Position numbers and translations under genes: made by a program
Source of the DNA: an uncultured Chitinophagaceae bacterium
GTDB lineage: Bacteria; Bacteroidota; Ignavibacteria; UBA10030; UBA8401
Assembly (NCBI GenBank): GCA_964439265.1
Contig: CAYTOA010000008.1
Location: forward strand, 19,087 to 83,086
Length of the DNA stretch: 64,000 nt
Direction of reading: 5' to 3'
Part shown: piece after piece, positions 24,847 through 36,028 of the stretch
Layout of the letters: every line of letters starts with the position of its first letter
Position numbering within the stretch: the stretch's first letter is position 1
Notes under the pieces: generated by a model
Databases searched by the model: none
What the model saw: the letters and a program-made list of their open reading frames with translations, nothing else
What the model was told of the DNA's origin: nothing

Positions 24847-26998
24847 CAGGAAGTCCACTCTCCAACGATTCAATGATCTTGAAGGTCGTACGCGTTGTAA
24901 CAACCAGACTCTGGAACGAGATGAGGTCTTTCGCAAGGTGGACAGAGCTGATGAATTCTTCCACTTCAGCTTTGTGTCCTTTTTCAACCGTCAGACTCTC
25001 ATGAACTTTTCGTGCCCCGCCGTGGTACAACTCCAAAATTTTGAAGTTGTCGATGACCGCCGTTTTGCCCCCCGAAAAAATTTCAATACGCTCCTTTGAG
25101 AGCGCAGGATCTCCGTTCGCGAGATACTCAATAACTCCTACTGAACCGTTCGAGAAGCGAATTGTTATCGCGATATTGTCGCTCTGCGACCGTTCTCCGG
25201 TCAGGGACAAAGACTGTGCAAAAACGGCCGTTGGTTCGCCTCCCGTGAGGTACTGGATTGTGTCGATGAAGTGGCACACTTCACCGATAATTCTCCCGCC
25301 CCCTTCCGCCGGATCCTGCGTCCAATGGTCCTTCGGCAGAAAGCCGGCGTTCACCCGGTAATTCACGAGCATCGGCTCTGCCGCATCGGCAAAGAAGGCT
25401 TTCGCCTGACGCACCGACGGCGAAAATCTTCTGTTAAAGCCGACCATGAATCGAAGATGGGATCGTTTCTTTGCCGCGTCATGAGCCTTGATGATTTCGG
25501 CAAGCTCTTTCTCATTAAGCGCGAGAGGTTTTTCAACGAAAACGTGCTTGTGATTATTTAGTGCCTGCACGCACAAGGATGCATGAAGGTTATGACGTGT
25601 GGCGATAAACACGGTATCGATCTTGCTGGACGCATAAATTTCCTTCGGGTCAGTCGTTGCTGACTCGAACCCAAATTTCCGTGCAACATTTTTCGCGTTC
25701 AAACCGTTGGAAGTGCATACGGCTCTCAGAATTACGGACTTGGTATTGAGGAACGGTATAAGCGAACTTTGAGCGAAGTTCCCCGCGCCGATAAAACCGA
25801 TGGAGACCAAACCATTTGATTCACGCTCCGGCGCAACTGAAACAGCATTCGCAACAGATTTCTTTCCATGCGGATATTCCAGCAATACCCCAATATATCG
25901 CTCCTTTGTTCCGCGCTGAATCATGGCATATGCCTTCAGGGCATCGGCGATGGGAAAGGTGTGCGTCGTCAATTTTTCGACGTTGACCTTCTTCGCTTTC
26001 ACAAGCCGAAGGAATTCCTCCATATTGCGCTTCTCCGTCCATCGCACAAACCCGAGGGGATAGTCCTGTCCTTTCTCTTCGTAGGCCTTGTCGTACCGTC
26101 CGGGTCCGTATGACCGCGATATTCTGAATTCCAGCTCTTTCATGTAGTACGGCGTTCTGGGGATGGAAATACCAACGTCCCCGACGAGGATGACGCGCGC
26201 CTTATCACGGGCGATCGCGCCGGCAAGCTGCACCGGGTCGCTGCTTTTTGTTGCCGCCGTGATGATGATCGCATCCACCCCAACACCGTGTGTCTGGGAC
26301 AGGATATCGCTCATCAGACCTTTCGAAGCTCGCTGGTAGGCTGCATCTGCCCCAAGTGATTTGGCCAATGCAACAGAACGGGGGTCAATGTCGATCCCGA
26401 TCACCGAACAGCCGGCTGCTTTTAATATCTGGACAGTTAATTGCCCGACAAGTCCGAGGCCGATGACGGCCGCCGTTTCTCCGAGTGTCGGCGCGGCGAG
26501 TCTTACGCCCTGAAGTGCGATTGCGCCGACGGTGGTGAACGCCGCCTCCTGCATCGTCATATCCGCCGGAACTTTTACGCAGAGATTTTTCGGCACAAAA
26601 AGGATTTCGGCATGATTGGCGGAACTGCCGCCGCACGCAACCCGATCGCCGACGGCAAAGTCATCGACATCCCCGGCGACGCCGATGACCGTCCCTGCTG
26701 AACTGTACCCGAGAGGAGAGAACGCTTCAAGCCTTGTCATCACTTTCCTGTACACATTCAGCACACCCTGCTGCCGCATCTGCTGAATGACGAGCTTTAC
26801 CATGTCGGGATTCGAACGTATTTTGGAGAGCATACTTCCTTTCCGTTTTTGAACGGACGATCTCTCCGTGCCCGAACTGATCAGCGAATACTCATTGCGG
26901 ACAACCACCCCGCCCCCTTTCAGAGCCGGTTCCGGCACGTCCTCTACATGCATCGTGCCTTTCTTCATTTCCTGCGAAACCTGTTTCATAAAGTTCAT
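24836..26998 (-). CDS. bi-domain oxidoreductase: zinc/MDR alcohol dehydrogenase-like domain fused to Gfo/Idh/MocA NAD(P)-binding oxidoreductase
   Basis: N-half has SLISSGTE...VIGLGLVGQL (MDR Rossmann). C-half has IGFIGAGNFA...VFVEKPLA (Gfo/Idh/MocA). Confidence 0.8.
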   Translation of the reverse strand: MNFMKQVSQEMKKGTMHVEDVPEPALKGGGVVVRNEYSLISSGTERSSVQKRKGSMLSKIRSNPDMVKLVIQQMRQQGVLNVYRKVMTRLEAFSPLGYSSAGTVIGVAGDVDDFAVGDRVACGGSSANHAEILFVPKNLCVKVPADMTMQEAAFTTVGAIALQGVRLAAPTLGETAAVIGLGLVGQLTVQILKAAGCSVIGIDIDPRSVALAKSLGADAAYQRASKGLMSDILSQTHGVGVDAIIITAATKSSDPVQLAGAIARDKARVILVGDVGISIPRTPYYMKELEFRISRSYGPGRYDKAYEEKGQDYPLGFVRWTEKRNMEEFLRLVKAKKVNVEKLTTHTFPIADALKAYAMIQRGTKERYIGVLLEYPHGKKSVANAVSVAPERESNGLVSIGFIGAGNFAQSSLIPFLNTKSVILRAVCTSNGLNAKNVARKFGFESATTDPKEIYASSKIDTVFIATRHNLHASLCVQALNNHKHVFVEKPLALNEKELAEIIKAHDAAKKRSHLRFMVGFNRRFSPSVRQAKAFFADAAEPMLVNYRVNAGFLPKDHWTQDPAEGGGRIIGEVCHFIDTIQYLTGGEPTAVFAQSLSLTGERSQSDNIAITIRFSNGSVGVIEYLANGDPALSKERIEIFSGGKTAVIDNFKILELYHGGARKVHESLTVEKGHKAEVEEFISSVHLAKDLISFQSLVVTTRTTFKIIESLESGLPVEL

Positions 26999-27022
26999 CC
27001 TTTTGCGTAAGTGCCGGGACCG

Positions 27023-28060
27023 TTAGCCGGCGTCCTTCACAATTTCAGTGACCCGAATGTGATCTGTGAAAAAATAATACAGCCCTATGACGACCGTCAG
27101 CAGCACCCCGACCTCGTGTGTGAGAATCGAATAGCTGAGTGCCGTTACACTGTCAACATGGTACAACTGAGTGAGAGTGAACGACGTGAAGGAATGATAC
27201 GTCCCAAACCCGCTTGGCGTCGGGACGGCAAACGCCACCGTTGAAACGACGAGCAGTATCGTGGCAGAACCAAAATTGAGCGAATGATTCGCCATCGCGT
27301 CGAAGGCATAAAATGGGATGTACATCAGCAGAAGATACATCCCCTGAATCATGTAGCTCGTGATAATGATCATCACGAACTGCCCCGGGTATTTGGCAAT
27401 GGCAAATCCGCTGATGAACGATTCGAACAGGCTGTCAATTTTCCCGCGGAGTTTTACGGGCAGGAACACGAGGGACCCCTTCAGCAGCGAAAAGATATAT
27501 TCCGCTTTGAAGAACAGAAGGATAAAAAGGAGAAACGCACTCACCGAACCTCCAAGGAAGATCGGCTCTATCGCCGCGAACGACGGGAACAGCTCTGCGA
27601 AGGAATCCGAATAGAAAAACATCACTGCCAGAAGGATTGAAAAAAAGGTGATGATGTCGATAATGCGTTCAATAATGACCGTGCCGAATGCCGCAGTTTT
27701 TGAGATTCCTTCGAGCTTCCCGAGCGTGTAGGGCCGGACAACCTCGCCGACCCGCGGCAAAAAATTATTCACCATGTAACCGATCATCACGGCAGAAAAA
27801 GAATTCCGGAGAGAAACGTTCCGCTTGATGGGAACGAGAAGATATTGCCATCGCCAGGCGCGGACGACATGGCTGAGAATGCCGCCAACAAGGAGATAAA
27901 AGATCCAAACGAAGTGAACCTGCGTCAATGACGTCCAGATGGCGTTAAAGTCCTGCCCGCGAAAAGCGAGGTACATGAACAACGCCATGATGACAAAACT
28001 TAAAACGTATCGGATATATGTTTTGGCGCGTATCATGGGGACAACACTGTGCTCTGGCAA
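27023..28060 (-). CDS. UPF0104 / lysylphosphatidylglycerol-synthase-TM-region-like (flippase-like) membrane protein
   Basis: About 8 TM helices and an RAWRWQYLL motif near TM2, typical of this family. Confidence 0.55.
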   Translation of the reverse strand: MPEHSVVPMIRAKTYIRYVLSFVIMALFMYLAFRGQDFNAIWTSLTQVHFVWIFYLLVGGILSHVVRAWRWQYLLVPIKRNVSLRNSFSAVMIGYMVNNFLPRVGEVVRPYTLGKLEGISKTAAFGTVIIERIIDIITFFSILLAVMFFYSDSFAELFPSFAAIEPIFLGGSVSAFLLFILLFFKAEYIFSLLKGSLVFLPVKLRGKIDSLFESFISGFAIAKYPGQFVMIIITSYMIQGMYLLLMYIPFYAFDAMANHSLNFGSATILLVVSTVAFAVPTPSGFGTYHSFTSFTLTQLYHVDSVTALSYSILTHEVGVLLTVVIGLYYFFTDHIRVTEIVKDAG

Positions 28061-28165
28061 TTCTAAAAGTAATGCCGCGACGGTGAATGTTTGATTAACG
28101 TTCAGGACAAAAATTTGTTGGCTCTATGGAAGAAGGTCATGCCATCACGATCAGGCTCATCAGGC

Positions 28166-28855
28166 TCACTGGTGAGGCGCATTGTGTCCGTTGGAACGGA
28201 GATCGACGACTTCAACATGTTCCGGAACAACGAAGACAAAACGGTCATCCGGAATTCCGGCGTTGAACCGTACATCCTTCAGCGAGTACATTGTCTTCGT
28301 TTCGTTCTTGTCGATGTACTCGACGCCGCGGACACTCCAATCCGCGTCGTCAATCCATACTTTGAGCGATTTCAGGTATTTCGCGACGCCGGATTTCGGC
28401 GAGAGCTTCAACGTGTACGACGCATGGGTATCCCCGCCGCTGTCGTCGACGAGGGCCGCGCGGAAATTTTTAGGAAGTCCGACAAGGAATCTTTCGGGGG
28501 AGAATGAATCCGGAGTTTCCTTGAACGAATCGATGAGCACCTGCTTGTTGACGGGAGAGTACAGCCAGACGGTTGTCCCGTCGGTCACTAGGATCTGCTC
28601 TTGCGACTCGATACGGTATTTGTTCCCCTTCTTCATCATCACCGTTCCGGTATACGTCTGTTCAATTTTCGCATACTTCAATGAAACGGTCTGAGTAAAG
28701 CTGGCAGTGGCATCCTCAACGTTCGAATACGCTCCCTGTACTTTTTCAAGAACGGCGGCAGCGCTCAGTTTTTCCTTTTGGCCGCAGTGAAGCGGTGAGA
28801 CGTGGGCATGCATCAATGTGAACATTATGAAAACTGCCAACGTTCGTAGTTTCAT
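28166..28855 (-). CDS. lolA: outer-membrane lipoprotein carrier protein LolA
   Basis: Signal peptide; FTQTV...YTGTVMMKKGNKYRIE...LVTDGTTVWLYSP is the LolA pattern. 4-nt overlap with ftsK, a common ftsK-lolA arrangement. Confidence 0.75.
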   Translation of the reverse strand: MKLRTLAVFIMFTLMHAHVSPLHCGQKEKLSAAAVLEKVQGAYSNVEDATASFTQTVSLKYAKIEQTYTGTVMMKKGNKYRIESQEQILVTDGTTVWLYSPVNKQVLIDSFKETPDSFSPERFLVGLPKNFRAALVDDSGGDTHASYTLKLSPKSGVAKYLKSLKVWIDDADWSVRGVEYIDKNETKTMYSLKDVRFNAGIPDDRFVFVVPEHVEVVDLRSNGHNAPHQ

Positions 28856-31356
28856 ATCAGGCTCCTGAGAATGGCTTCGAGTTCCGCTTCACTTTCAACG
28901 AGCACCTCACGCGCTTTGCTGCCGTCGAATTGTCCGACAATACCGGCGGCTTCAAGCTCATCGACCAGCCGCGCGGCGCGTGAATAGCCGACTTTGAGGC
29001 GCCGCTGCAGTAACGAAACAGAACCTTGTTGATGGCGGACAATTGTCCGAGCGGCTTCCTGGAACAACTCATCGCGTTCCCCCCCTCCGGAGCTCAACGC
29101 AGCGCGCTGTTTTTCCAGCACCGAGGGGAGCTCAAACGGCCTGCTGTAGCCTTTCTGCTTGCCGATATGGTCGACGATCGATTCCACTTCATCGCTCGAA
29201 ATGAACGCATTCTGGATGCGGATCGGCTTCGGGCTGGATGACGGCATATAGAGCATGTCGCCGTTGCCGAGAAGTTGTTCGGCGCCGTTCATGTCGAGGA
29301 TCGTGCGCGAGTCCGTTTTGGACGATACCTGGTATGCAATGCGGGCAGGGAAATTCGCCTTGATGACACCAGTGATAACATCGACCGATGGGCGCTGTGT
29401 CGCAACAACGAGATGGATCCCGACGGCACGTGCAAGCTGTGCCAGCCGCGTGATCGGTTCTTCAACCTCGCGTGCAGCTGTGATCATAAGATCGGCGAGC
29501 TCATCGATGATGATCACGATATACGGAAGCTTCCGGTGCTTGAATGTGTCGGAATCCTTCAGTCGTCCGGATGTAATGCGTTCATTATAGTCGGCAATAT
29601 TCCGCACACCGGCATGCGCGAGCTTGTCGTAGCGCTGTTCCATCTCAAGCTCGACAGATTTTAACGCCAGAACAGCGTTCTGCGGCATTGTAATGATCTT
29701 CTCGTCGATGTCTTTTGAAATTGCGAGATAATGATGCTCGAGCTTCTTGTACAGACTCAACTCGATCTTTTTGGGATCGATGATCAGGAATTTTACTTCC
29801 GAAGGATGAAGCCGGTAGAGAATGCTTGCAAGGATCGTGTTGATGCCGACGCTTTTTCCGGAGCCGGTTGAACCTGCGATAAGAAGGTGCGGCATTTTCG
29901 ACAGGTCGTCGACGTAGACTTCGCCGGAAATCGTCTTACCCATCGCCAGCGGAAGCGCAGCCTGTGCGTCACGGAATTTCGCGGAGTTGATAATGCTTCG
30001 GATCGTCACGAGCGACGGTTTGCGATTCGGAATTTCAACGCCGACCGTTCCCTTTCCCGGGATCGGCGCTTCGATACGGATGCCTTTTGCCTGCATGGCA
30101 AGAGCAAGGTCGTTCGCAAGGTTGACTATTTTTGCGACCTTGACTCCCGTTGCCGGAACAAGTTCGTATAATGTCACAACGGGGCCGGGCGTGACGCTGA
30201 CGTTGGCAACCTCGACATCGAAATCGGCAAGCTTCGCCCGAAGCAATTCTGCGTTGGCCTTCAATTCTGCATCGTCGATCGTTTCGGCCTGACGCTGCGA
30301 GTTCAGAAGGTCGACCGAAGGAAATACGTAGTCGATCTCCTCGTCCTGAATATCCCGCTCGTCCAAACCGACTTCTTCTTCACGCACCATTTCCTTGATA
30401 TCGAGCGGCGTCTCCTCATCCGATCCGGGCGGGCTCTCTACCGCGGGATCCTCTCTCTCTCCGGCGCCGTTGACAGGCGGCATCACTTCGACAGCAACCG
30501 CTTGCACCTGACGGGGCGAAACGATTTTAGGTACGGCAACGCGCCCGGGATTCTGCGAAATCTCTTCTGCCGGACGCTTTACCTGTATTAACGCCTTTTG
30601 TTTTTCTTTTTCCGCGATGCGGACGGCACGCCGCTCTTTCCAGCGATCGAGCGCTTCACTGACGGCCGACGCGATCGAGACGAAGAAATTTTTCAGACGT
30701 TCGGATGTGACGTGAAGGTCGAGGTCGATGGCAAGCGTAAGCGTGACGAAGAGGAGCGACACCGTAACGATAATTCCTCCCGCCGCGCCGATCAGTTGGC
30801 GCAGCACACTCGAGAGAAATGCCCCGACCGCCCCGCTCCATTGCGGCGAAAGGTCCTCAGACATTCCGACAAGTCTCAGGAGCCCGCAGAACGTGGCCCA
30901 CAGCACAGCGATGGCAATAACGTAATTCGTGAAATACACCAGGCGGCGGATATCGCCGCGTCGGAGCGTCATCCATCCCCAGGCAATGAGCATGAAGGGA
31001 AGTACGAAGACGGCGTAACCGACCGTCGAATTGATGAGAAAATTCGACGTAATCGCCCCGGTCAGGCCGAGCCAGTTGTTCGTGGCGTTCGCTTTCTCCT
31101 GGATCAGCGGGTCGTTGGTAAAGATCTTGAAAAGTTGTGAAACGGGGACATCGCCGCTCGCTTCATCGGCGGGAGAATACGATACAAGGCAGAGAAGAAT
31201 GAGGATCCCCAGCACCATAACGAGGAATGACGCGATCTGCTTATTGCGGCGCGACTTTTTTTCCTCGTCATTTTTCTTCCGGCGAGGTGCCGGGTGTTCC
31301 GTTGAGATTGGGGTGTCGTCCATTGAAAAAAAATTCTTATCCCTCTTGAACATCAA
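28852..31356 (-). CDS. ftsK: DNA translocase FtsK/SpoIIIE
   Basis: N-terminal TM helices, a P/E-rich linker, Walker A AGSTGSGKS, a DELADL Walker B region, and a C-terminal gamma winged helix (SVSLLQRRLKVGYSRAARLVDELE). Confidence 0.95.
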   Translation of the reverse strand: MMFKRDKNFFSMDDTPISTEHPAPRRKKNDEEKKSRRNKQIASFLVMVLGILILLCLVSYSPADEASGDVPVSQLFKIFTNDPLIQEKANATNNWLGLTGAITSNFLINSTVGYAVFVLPFMLIAWGWMTLRRGDIRRLVYFTNYVIAIAVLWATFCGLLRLVGMSEDLSPQWSGAVGAFLSSVLRQLIGAAGGIIVTVSLLFVTLTLAIDLDLHVTSERLKNFFVSIASAVSEALDRWKERRAVRIAEKEKQKALIQVKRPAEEISQNPGRVAVPKIVSPRQVQAVAVEVMPPVNGAGEREDPAVESPPGSDEETPLDIKEMVREEEVGLDERDIQDEEIDYVFPSVDLLNSQRQAETIDDAELKANAELLRAKLADFDVEVANVSVTPGPVVTLYELVPATGVKVAKIVNLANDLALAMQAKGIRIEAPIPGKGTVGVEIPNRKPSLVTIRSIINSAKFRDAQAALPLAMGKTISGEVYVDDLSKMPHLLIAGSTGSGKSVGINTILASILYRLHPSEVKFLIIDPKKIELSLYKKLEHHYLAISKDIDEKIITMPQNAVLALKSVELEMEQRYDKLAHAGVRNIADYNERITSGRLKDSDTFKHRKLPYIVIIIDELADLMITAAREVEEPITRLAQLARAVGIHLVVATQRPSVDVITGVIKANFPARIAYQVSSKTDSRTILDMNGAEQLLGNGDMLYMPSSSPKPIRIQNAFISSDEVESIVDHIGKQKGYSRPFELPSVLEKQRAALSSGGGERDELFQEAARTIVRHQQGSVSLLQRRLKVGYSRAARLVDELEAAGIVGQFDGSKAREVLVESEAELEAILRSLI

Positions 31357-32104
31357 GAGTAATGGAGTGCTTCGCCTCTTCCTTTTTCAGTTTGATCACA
31401 TTGCCGATCAGGAGGGGGAGCACGGGAATGGAATCGACGCTCACGCATGTTTTCAGGTCGCTCTCGAAGCCGATGTCGACAAGGTACTTTCCGTGGTCGG
31501 AGCTTTTTGCCATTTTGAGCAGATTTTTGCCGACTGTTTTGTAAAGGACCTGTGCTGCTCCAGCTGCGTCATTCACGTCGACGACAACGGGGGAATCCTC
31601 AACGAGCATTTTTACAAGCATGCCCGCGCAGACCGCGTCTTCCATGCAAAAGAGCTGCTTTTCGCCGGCGCAGACGATTGAGAAATCCTCCCCCGCCTGG
31701 CGGATGAAATCAGCCACGAGCGATACGTTGATGAAGCCGCCCACCGCCATTCGTTTGGCGTATTTCGCCTTCACCATCGCTGACGATCCGTTCGTCGTGC
31801 AGAAAATAATTGATTTTCCTTTCACTGCATCTTCCGTATACTCGCTGGGAGAATTGCCCAAATTGAAACCGGTAATGATTTTGCCGTTTCGTTCACCTCC
31901 GCGAAGCACAACGTCGCCAAAGAGGTTTCCGGAGACCTTCACCGCCGATTCGATCGAACCGACCGGGATGATCTCCCGCGCTCCGTTATTTAGAGCCGTC
32001 ACGATCGTCGTGCTTGCTCTCAACACGTCGATCACGACAACGTTCTTGTCGCGCAGCTGCATTTCATCGACTTGAGCAGGAGAAAAGTACACGTCAATTT
32101 TCAT
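31337..32104 (-). CDS. 2-phosphosulfolactate phosphatase (ComB) family protein
   Basis: VVVIDVLRASTTIVTALNNGA and the FCTTNGS pattern typical of the ComB family. Confidence 0.75.
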   Translation of the reverse strand: MKIDVYFSPAQVDEMQLRDKNVVVIDVLRASTTIVTALNNGAREIIPVGSIESAVKVSGNLFGDVVLRGGERNGKIITGFNLGNSPSEYTEDAVKGKSIIFCTTNGSSAMVKAKYAKRMAVGGFINVSLVADFIRQAGEDFSIVCAGEKQLFCMEDAVCAGMLVKMLVEDSPVVVDVNDAAGAAQVLYKTVGKNLLKMAKSSDHGKYLVDIGFESDLKTCVSVDSIPVLPLLIGNVIKLKKEEAKHSITLDVQEG

Positions 32105-32256
32105 TGCAACACCTTGTCTCTGTAATCATCTGTGACGCTGACACTACACTCGCTTAGGCTTTGGTTCTTGGGGATCAAGGTCTAAAAGCCTTCCTCGCAC
32201 AAAGCCGCCAAGACGCAAAATAGATCAAGATAAAACTTACGCAGCTTTACATAATG

Positions 32257-33336
32257 CTATTTTTTAAGAAACGGCAGCGCCGTAATTTTGCCCTTTACTT
32301 CTTTCCCGCGCACATCGATGTGGACCGGACTGCCGTCTGCAAAGTGCGCGGCATCCACATATCCCATCGCGATAGCTCTTTCGAGGGAGGGGGAAAATGT
32401 TCCGCTCGTGACCGACCCGATCTGAGTCCCTTTCGAGAGGATCGCGTAGCCGTGACGAGCAATCGCCTTCTCTTCGATCTCGATTCCCACAAGCTTCCGC
32501 TTAAGACCTTCTGCTTTTACTTTTTCTAATACCGGTTTTCCGAGGAATTCTCCCTTTTTGAGCTTTGTGATCCACCCAAGCCCCGCTTCAAGCGTATTTG
32601 TGGTCTGATCGATATCGTTTCCGTACAGACAATATCCCATTTCAAGGCGCAGCGTATCCCGGGCACCGAGGCCGATCGGCTTGATGCCGCAGTCTTTACC
32701 TGCCTTGAAGAGCGCATTCCAAACATTCTCGGCGTACGACGGTGAGAAATAAATTTCATAACCAAGTTCACCGGTATATCCTGTCCGAGAGAGGATCATA
32801 TCAACTCCCGCGACACTTGCTTCTTTAAACCGATAATACGGAATCGATTTCAGATCGACAGACGTGAGTTTCTGAATGACCGTCTGCGATTTTGGACCCT
32901 GAATCGCCAGCAACGCAGTAGCATCGCTCTCGTTCCTGAGATCAACATCGGGCATCAGATGCCGGTTCATCCATTCGAAGTCTTTTTCAACGTTCGACGC
33001 GTTCACGACAACCATGAAATGGTTCTCGCCGATCTTGTAAACAAGAAGGTCGTCGACGATCCCCGCATCGTCATAGCACATTGCAGAGTATTGAGCTTCT
33101 CCCGGCACAAGCACCGCGACGTCGTTGACCGTCATGCGCTGCAAGAATGCCTGAGCGTTCTTTCCCTTCACTACAAATTCCCCCATGTGCGAGACATCGA
33201 AAACGCCGACCGCAGTGCGTACCGCTTTATGTTCTTCGATGATGCTGGTGTATTGCACCGGCATTTCATAGCCGCCGAAAGGAACCATCTTCGCTCCGAG
33301 CTGCCGATGGATCGAATGGAACGGCGTCTGTTTCAT
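32257..33336 (-). CDS. gcvT: glycine cleavage system aminomethyltransferase T
   Basis: [37 protein letters not shown] are GcvT motifs. Confidence 0.95.
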   Translation of the reverse strand: MKQTPFHSIHRQLGAKMVPFGGYEMPVQYTSIIEEHKAVRTAVGVFDVSHMGEFVVKGKNAQAFLQRMTVNDVAVLVPGEAQYSAMCYDDAGIVDDLLVYKIGENHFMVVVNASNVEKDFEWMNRHLMPDVDLRNESDATALLAIQGPKSQTVIQKLTSVDLKSIPYYRFKEASVAGVDMILSRTGYTGELGYEIYFSPSYAENVWNALFKAGKDCGIKPIGLGARDTLRLEMGYCLYGNDIDQTTNTLEAGLGWITKLKKGEFLGKPVLEKVKAEGLKRKLVGIEIEEKAIARHGYAILSKGTQIGSVTSGTFSPSLERAIAMGYVDAAHFADGSPVHIDVRGKEVKGKITALPFLKK

Positions 33337-33980
33337 TTCTTTTTGCCTTTGTTCCAGTCGGCAAGAAACTTTTGGATGCCGATATCGGTCAGCGGATGCT
33401 TGATGAGCTGGTCGATCACTTTGAATGGCATCGTGCAGATATCGGCACCCATCATTGCTGCGTCAATCACGTGAAGCGGATGACGCACGCTTGCGACGAG
33501 CACCTGTGTGTCGTACCCGTAATTGTGGTAGATCGTGACGATCTGTCCGATCAATTCCATTCCGTTCTGACTGATATCATCGAGCCTGCCGACGAAGGGG
33601 CTGATGAAATACGCGCCTGCTTTTGCGGCAAGAAGAGCCTGGTTGGCGGAGAAGCAGAGGGTTACGTTCGTTCTGATGCCTTCAGCCTTCAGCGCCTTCA
33701 CCGCCTTCAGCCCGTCTTTGATAAGCGGAACTTTGACGACGATGTTCTCGTGTATCTTCGCGAGCTCGCGTCCTTCTTTCATCATTCCGTCGAATTCGGT
33801 CGAAACAACTTCTGCACTTATCGGACCGTGGACGATCGCGCAGATCTCTTTCAGCAGGGGGATGAACTCTTTTCCCTCTTTCGCGACGAGGCTCGGGTTC
33901 GTGGTAACGCCGTCCAGTACTCCAAGGTCGTTCGCTTCTTTTATTTCTGTGAGGCTTGCTGTGTCGATAAAGAACTTCAT
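33333..33980 (-). CDS. fructose-6-phosphate aldolase / short transaldolase (TalC/FSA family)
   Basis: [13 protein letters not shown]...[13 protein letters not shown] (Schiff-base lysine region), ISPFVGR; 215 aa. Confidence 0.9.
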   Translation of the reverse strand: MKFFIDTASLTEIKEANDLGVLDGVTTNPSLVAKEGKEFIPLLKEICAIVHGPISAEVVSTEFDGMMKEGRELAKIHENIVVKVPLIKDGLKAVKALKAEGIRTNVTLCFSANQALLAAKAGAYFISPFVGRLDDISQNGMELIGQIVTIYHNYGYDTQVLVASVRHPLHVIDAAMMGADICTMPFKVIDQLIKHPLTDIGIQKFLADWNKGKKK

Positions 33981-33992
33981 TGAATAATCCTT

Positions 33993-35651
33993 CTACGTTT
34001 TATATTGAGCAGTGATGTCTTTGTCTTGTTTCCGCGAAATAAATCTGAACTCGTCGATCGCGAGGGCTTTGTCTTCTTCAAGCTTGATCTGGACGAAGAA
34101 CCGGAGCTTGATCTTCGTGAGCCGGCTGATCGTCCCTCCCATCAAGTGTGCCGCGATACTCGGATGCACGCGCAGGATAAGGCGGAACTCCTTCGATTCC
34201 GATTTGAACCGCCGGATCCATCGTTCGATCTGGCTGACGATGGTGGTCTTCGACTGGATCAAGCCGCTGCCGCCGCACACAGGGCATGGTTCCGTGAAGC
34301 TATGAATGATGCTTTGCCGGATCCGCTGTCGTGTGATCTGGACGAGGCAAAACTCTGTCATTGGAAGCACTGTCGCCTTGGCCCGGTCTTTCCGGAACTC
34401 CTTTTTCATTTCATCGTACACTTTCTTCTTGTTCTTTTCTTCCGAGATGTCGATGAAGTCGATAACGATGATGCCTCCAAGGTCGCGCAAACGAAGCTGC
34501 CGGCATATTTCGCGGGCCGCTTCAAGGTCCGTCTTCAGCGAGTTCAATTCCTGTTCCTGCTTCGCGGCATAACGGCCGCTGTTCACGTCGATCACGGTCA
34601 TCGCCTCGGTATGGTCGATGATGATGTAGCCGCCGCTCTTCAGCCACACTTTCCGCGCGAGGGTTGTGGCAATTTCCTTTTCCACGCCGAAGACATCGAA
34701 GATCGGTTCCCGTTTCCCGTAGTACTCGATCTTCTCGACCATTTGGGGGGAAACAAGTTTCACGTACGTCTTGATCTCTTTAAACAATTTCTTATTATCG
34801 ATCACAACACGCTGGACATCTTCGCTGAACAGATCCCTGATCACGCTCGATGTGGTTGCCATGTCTTTATAGAGGAGCGCCGGAGCAGTTTCTTCCTTCA
34901 CCGCTTTCTCAATCTCCTTCCAGGTCGTCAAGAGAGATTCCAGGTCCTGGAGAAATACTTTCTCATCCTGATTCTCTGCGTTGGTGCGGACGATAACGCC
35001 GAACGACGGGGGGAGAATGCTGCGCACGAGTTTTCTCAGGCGCCTTTTCTCTTTGAAGCTGCTGATCTTTTTCGAGATACCGACTTTGCCGTCGAACGGC
35101 AAGAGCACGAGGAAGCGGCCGGGGAGCGAAACTTCCGTCGTCACACGGACTCCTTTCTTCCCGACAGGCTCTTTGGTGACCTGGACGATGATCTCCTGGC
35201 CTTTGGTGAGATTGACGTTGCGGTGCTGCCGTTCATACCGGGGCCGATGATCGTGACGCTCCCCTTGTCTGACAGGCGGCGGCGGCACAGCCACAGCGAC
35301 AGCCGTCCCATCGGAGGGCGCTGCAACAACCGGAGGTGCGGGATGATGCTGCTCTTCCTCATCGTCGTCCCCTTCCGTGTCGATCTCAGAGTCCTCTCCG
35401 ATCATGGCGTTGTATTGCCCTAACGATGCACCGATGTCGGAAAAATGGAGGAACGCATCCTGCGGCAGGCCGACGTCAATAAATGCGGCCTGGATCCCAG
35501 GCATGACTTTCGCGACCTTGCCGACATAAATGTCCCCCACCAGCCTTTCCTTTTCAGGGGTCTCGACGAACAGCTCGGCGAGCTTACCTTCTTCGGTTAT
35601 TGCTATGCGAACTTCGTTCGCGGTGGAGTTGATAACTATTTCTTTTCTCAT
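33993..35651 (-). CDS. rng: ribonuclease E/G family endoribonuclease (Rng/CafA-like) with an acidic/proline insert after the S1 domain
   Basis: S1 domain GDIYVGKVAKVMPGIQAAFIDVG, catalytic region GGYIIIDHTEAMTVIDVNSG...GGIIVIDFID, and a zinc-link CPVCGGSG. Confidence 0.9.
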   Translation of the reverse strand: MRKEIVINSTANEVRIAITEEGKLAELFVETPEKERLVGDIYVGKVAKVMPGIQAAFIDVGLPQDAFLHFSDIGASLGQYNAMIGEDSEIDTEGDDDEEEQHHPAPPVVAAPSDGTAVAVAVPPPPVRQGERHDHRPRYERQHRNVNLTKGQEIIVQVTKEPVGKKGVRVTTEVSLPGRFLVLLPFDGKVGISKKISSFKEKRRLRKLVRSILPPSFGVIVRTNAENQDEKVFLQDLESLLTTWKEIEKAVKEETAPALLYKDMATTSSVIRDLFSEDVQRVVIDNKKLFKEIKTYVKLVSPQMVEKIEYYGKREPIFDVFGVEKEIATTLARKVWLKSGGYIIIDHTEAMTVIDVNSGRYAAKQEQELNSLKTDLEAAREICRQLRLRDLGGIIVIDFIDISEEKNKKKVYDEMKKEFRKDRAKATVLPMTEFCLVQITRQRIRQSIIHSFTEPCPVCGGSGLIQSKTTIVSQIERWIRRFKSESKEFRLILRVHPSIAAHLMGGTISRLTKIKLRFFVQIKLEEDKALAIDEFRFISRKQDKDITAQYKT

Positions 35652-35985
35652 GAAACAAAATTCCTTGTAGTGCGCCGAATAAAATGATCGTCAATCCCCT
35701 TCAGGCGTGTGACAATCGAATAGTGGAATAGCGCGATTTCCTGGCTATCATTACTTATGTGGTGAATTTCCAACAGCACGAATCAGTGACCCCCTTCGCC
35801 AGCAAGTTCAACTCAGTGCCCTTTTGGGGAGCGAAATTCAAATACCCCTACGGAACAGAGCAGACCATGCTCTTTGTTGCGCTAAAAAAGGCGCTTCTGC
35901 CCTTTTTATAAAATTCAAGGTAAAAGTACGAAAAATAAGGCAGGCTTGCAAGCTCTTTAATTAACGAGGATTTACGCCAAGGGGA

Positions 35986-36028
35986 AATAAAAAAGGCCAA
36001 GATTCCTGTATCACACTTTCGGCAGCGG
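35986..36028 (-). repeat. displaced, diverged duplicate of the SRP RNA 3' tail plus terminator
   Basis: 39/43 identity to 36374-36416, by my hand alignment: AATAAAAAAGG[C/T]CAAG[A/C]TT[C/A]CTGTATCACACTTTCGG[C/T]AGCGG. Confidence 0.8.

Noticed and set aside
24847-24987. The first 47 residues of the 283-aa outer-membrane ORF.
   Set aside because: This part overlaps the upstream oxidoreductase gene by 150 nt and is basic and non-signal-like. The TTG at 24846 yields a normal signal peptide.
34005-35423. A 472-aa ORF on the plus strand, antisense to rng. Similar long antisense ORFs occur at 44417-45691, 46199-47059, 17969-18739, 8811-9458, 33372-33983, 47742-48296, 49911-50459, 50993-51628, 52417-52989, 54038-54634, 30598-31140 and 19528-20160.
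   Set aside because: Each one is codon-aligned with the real gene on the other strand. I checked the coordinate arithmetic: in every case the distance from the sense-frame boundary is 2 mod 3. Their stop codons therefore correspond to sense codons TTA, CTA and TCA, which this genome evidently avoids. The translations are Arg/His/Asp-rich with no motifs, whereas the sense strands carry strong family signatures.
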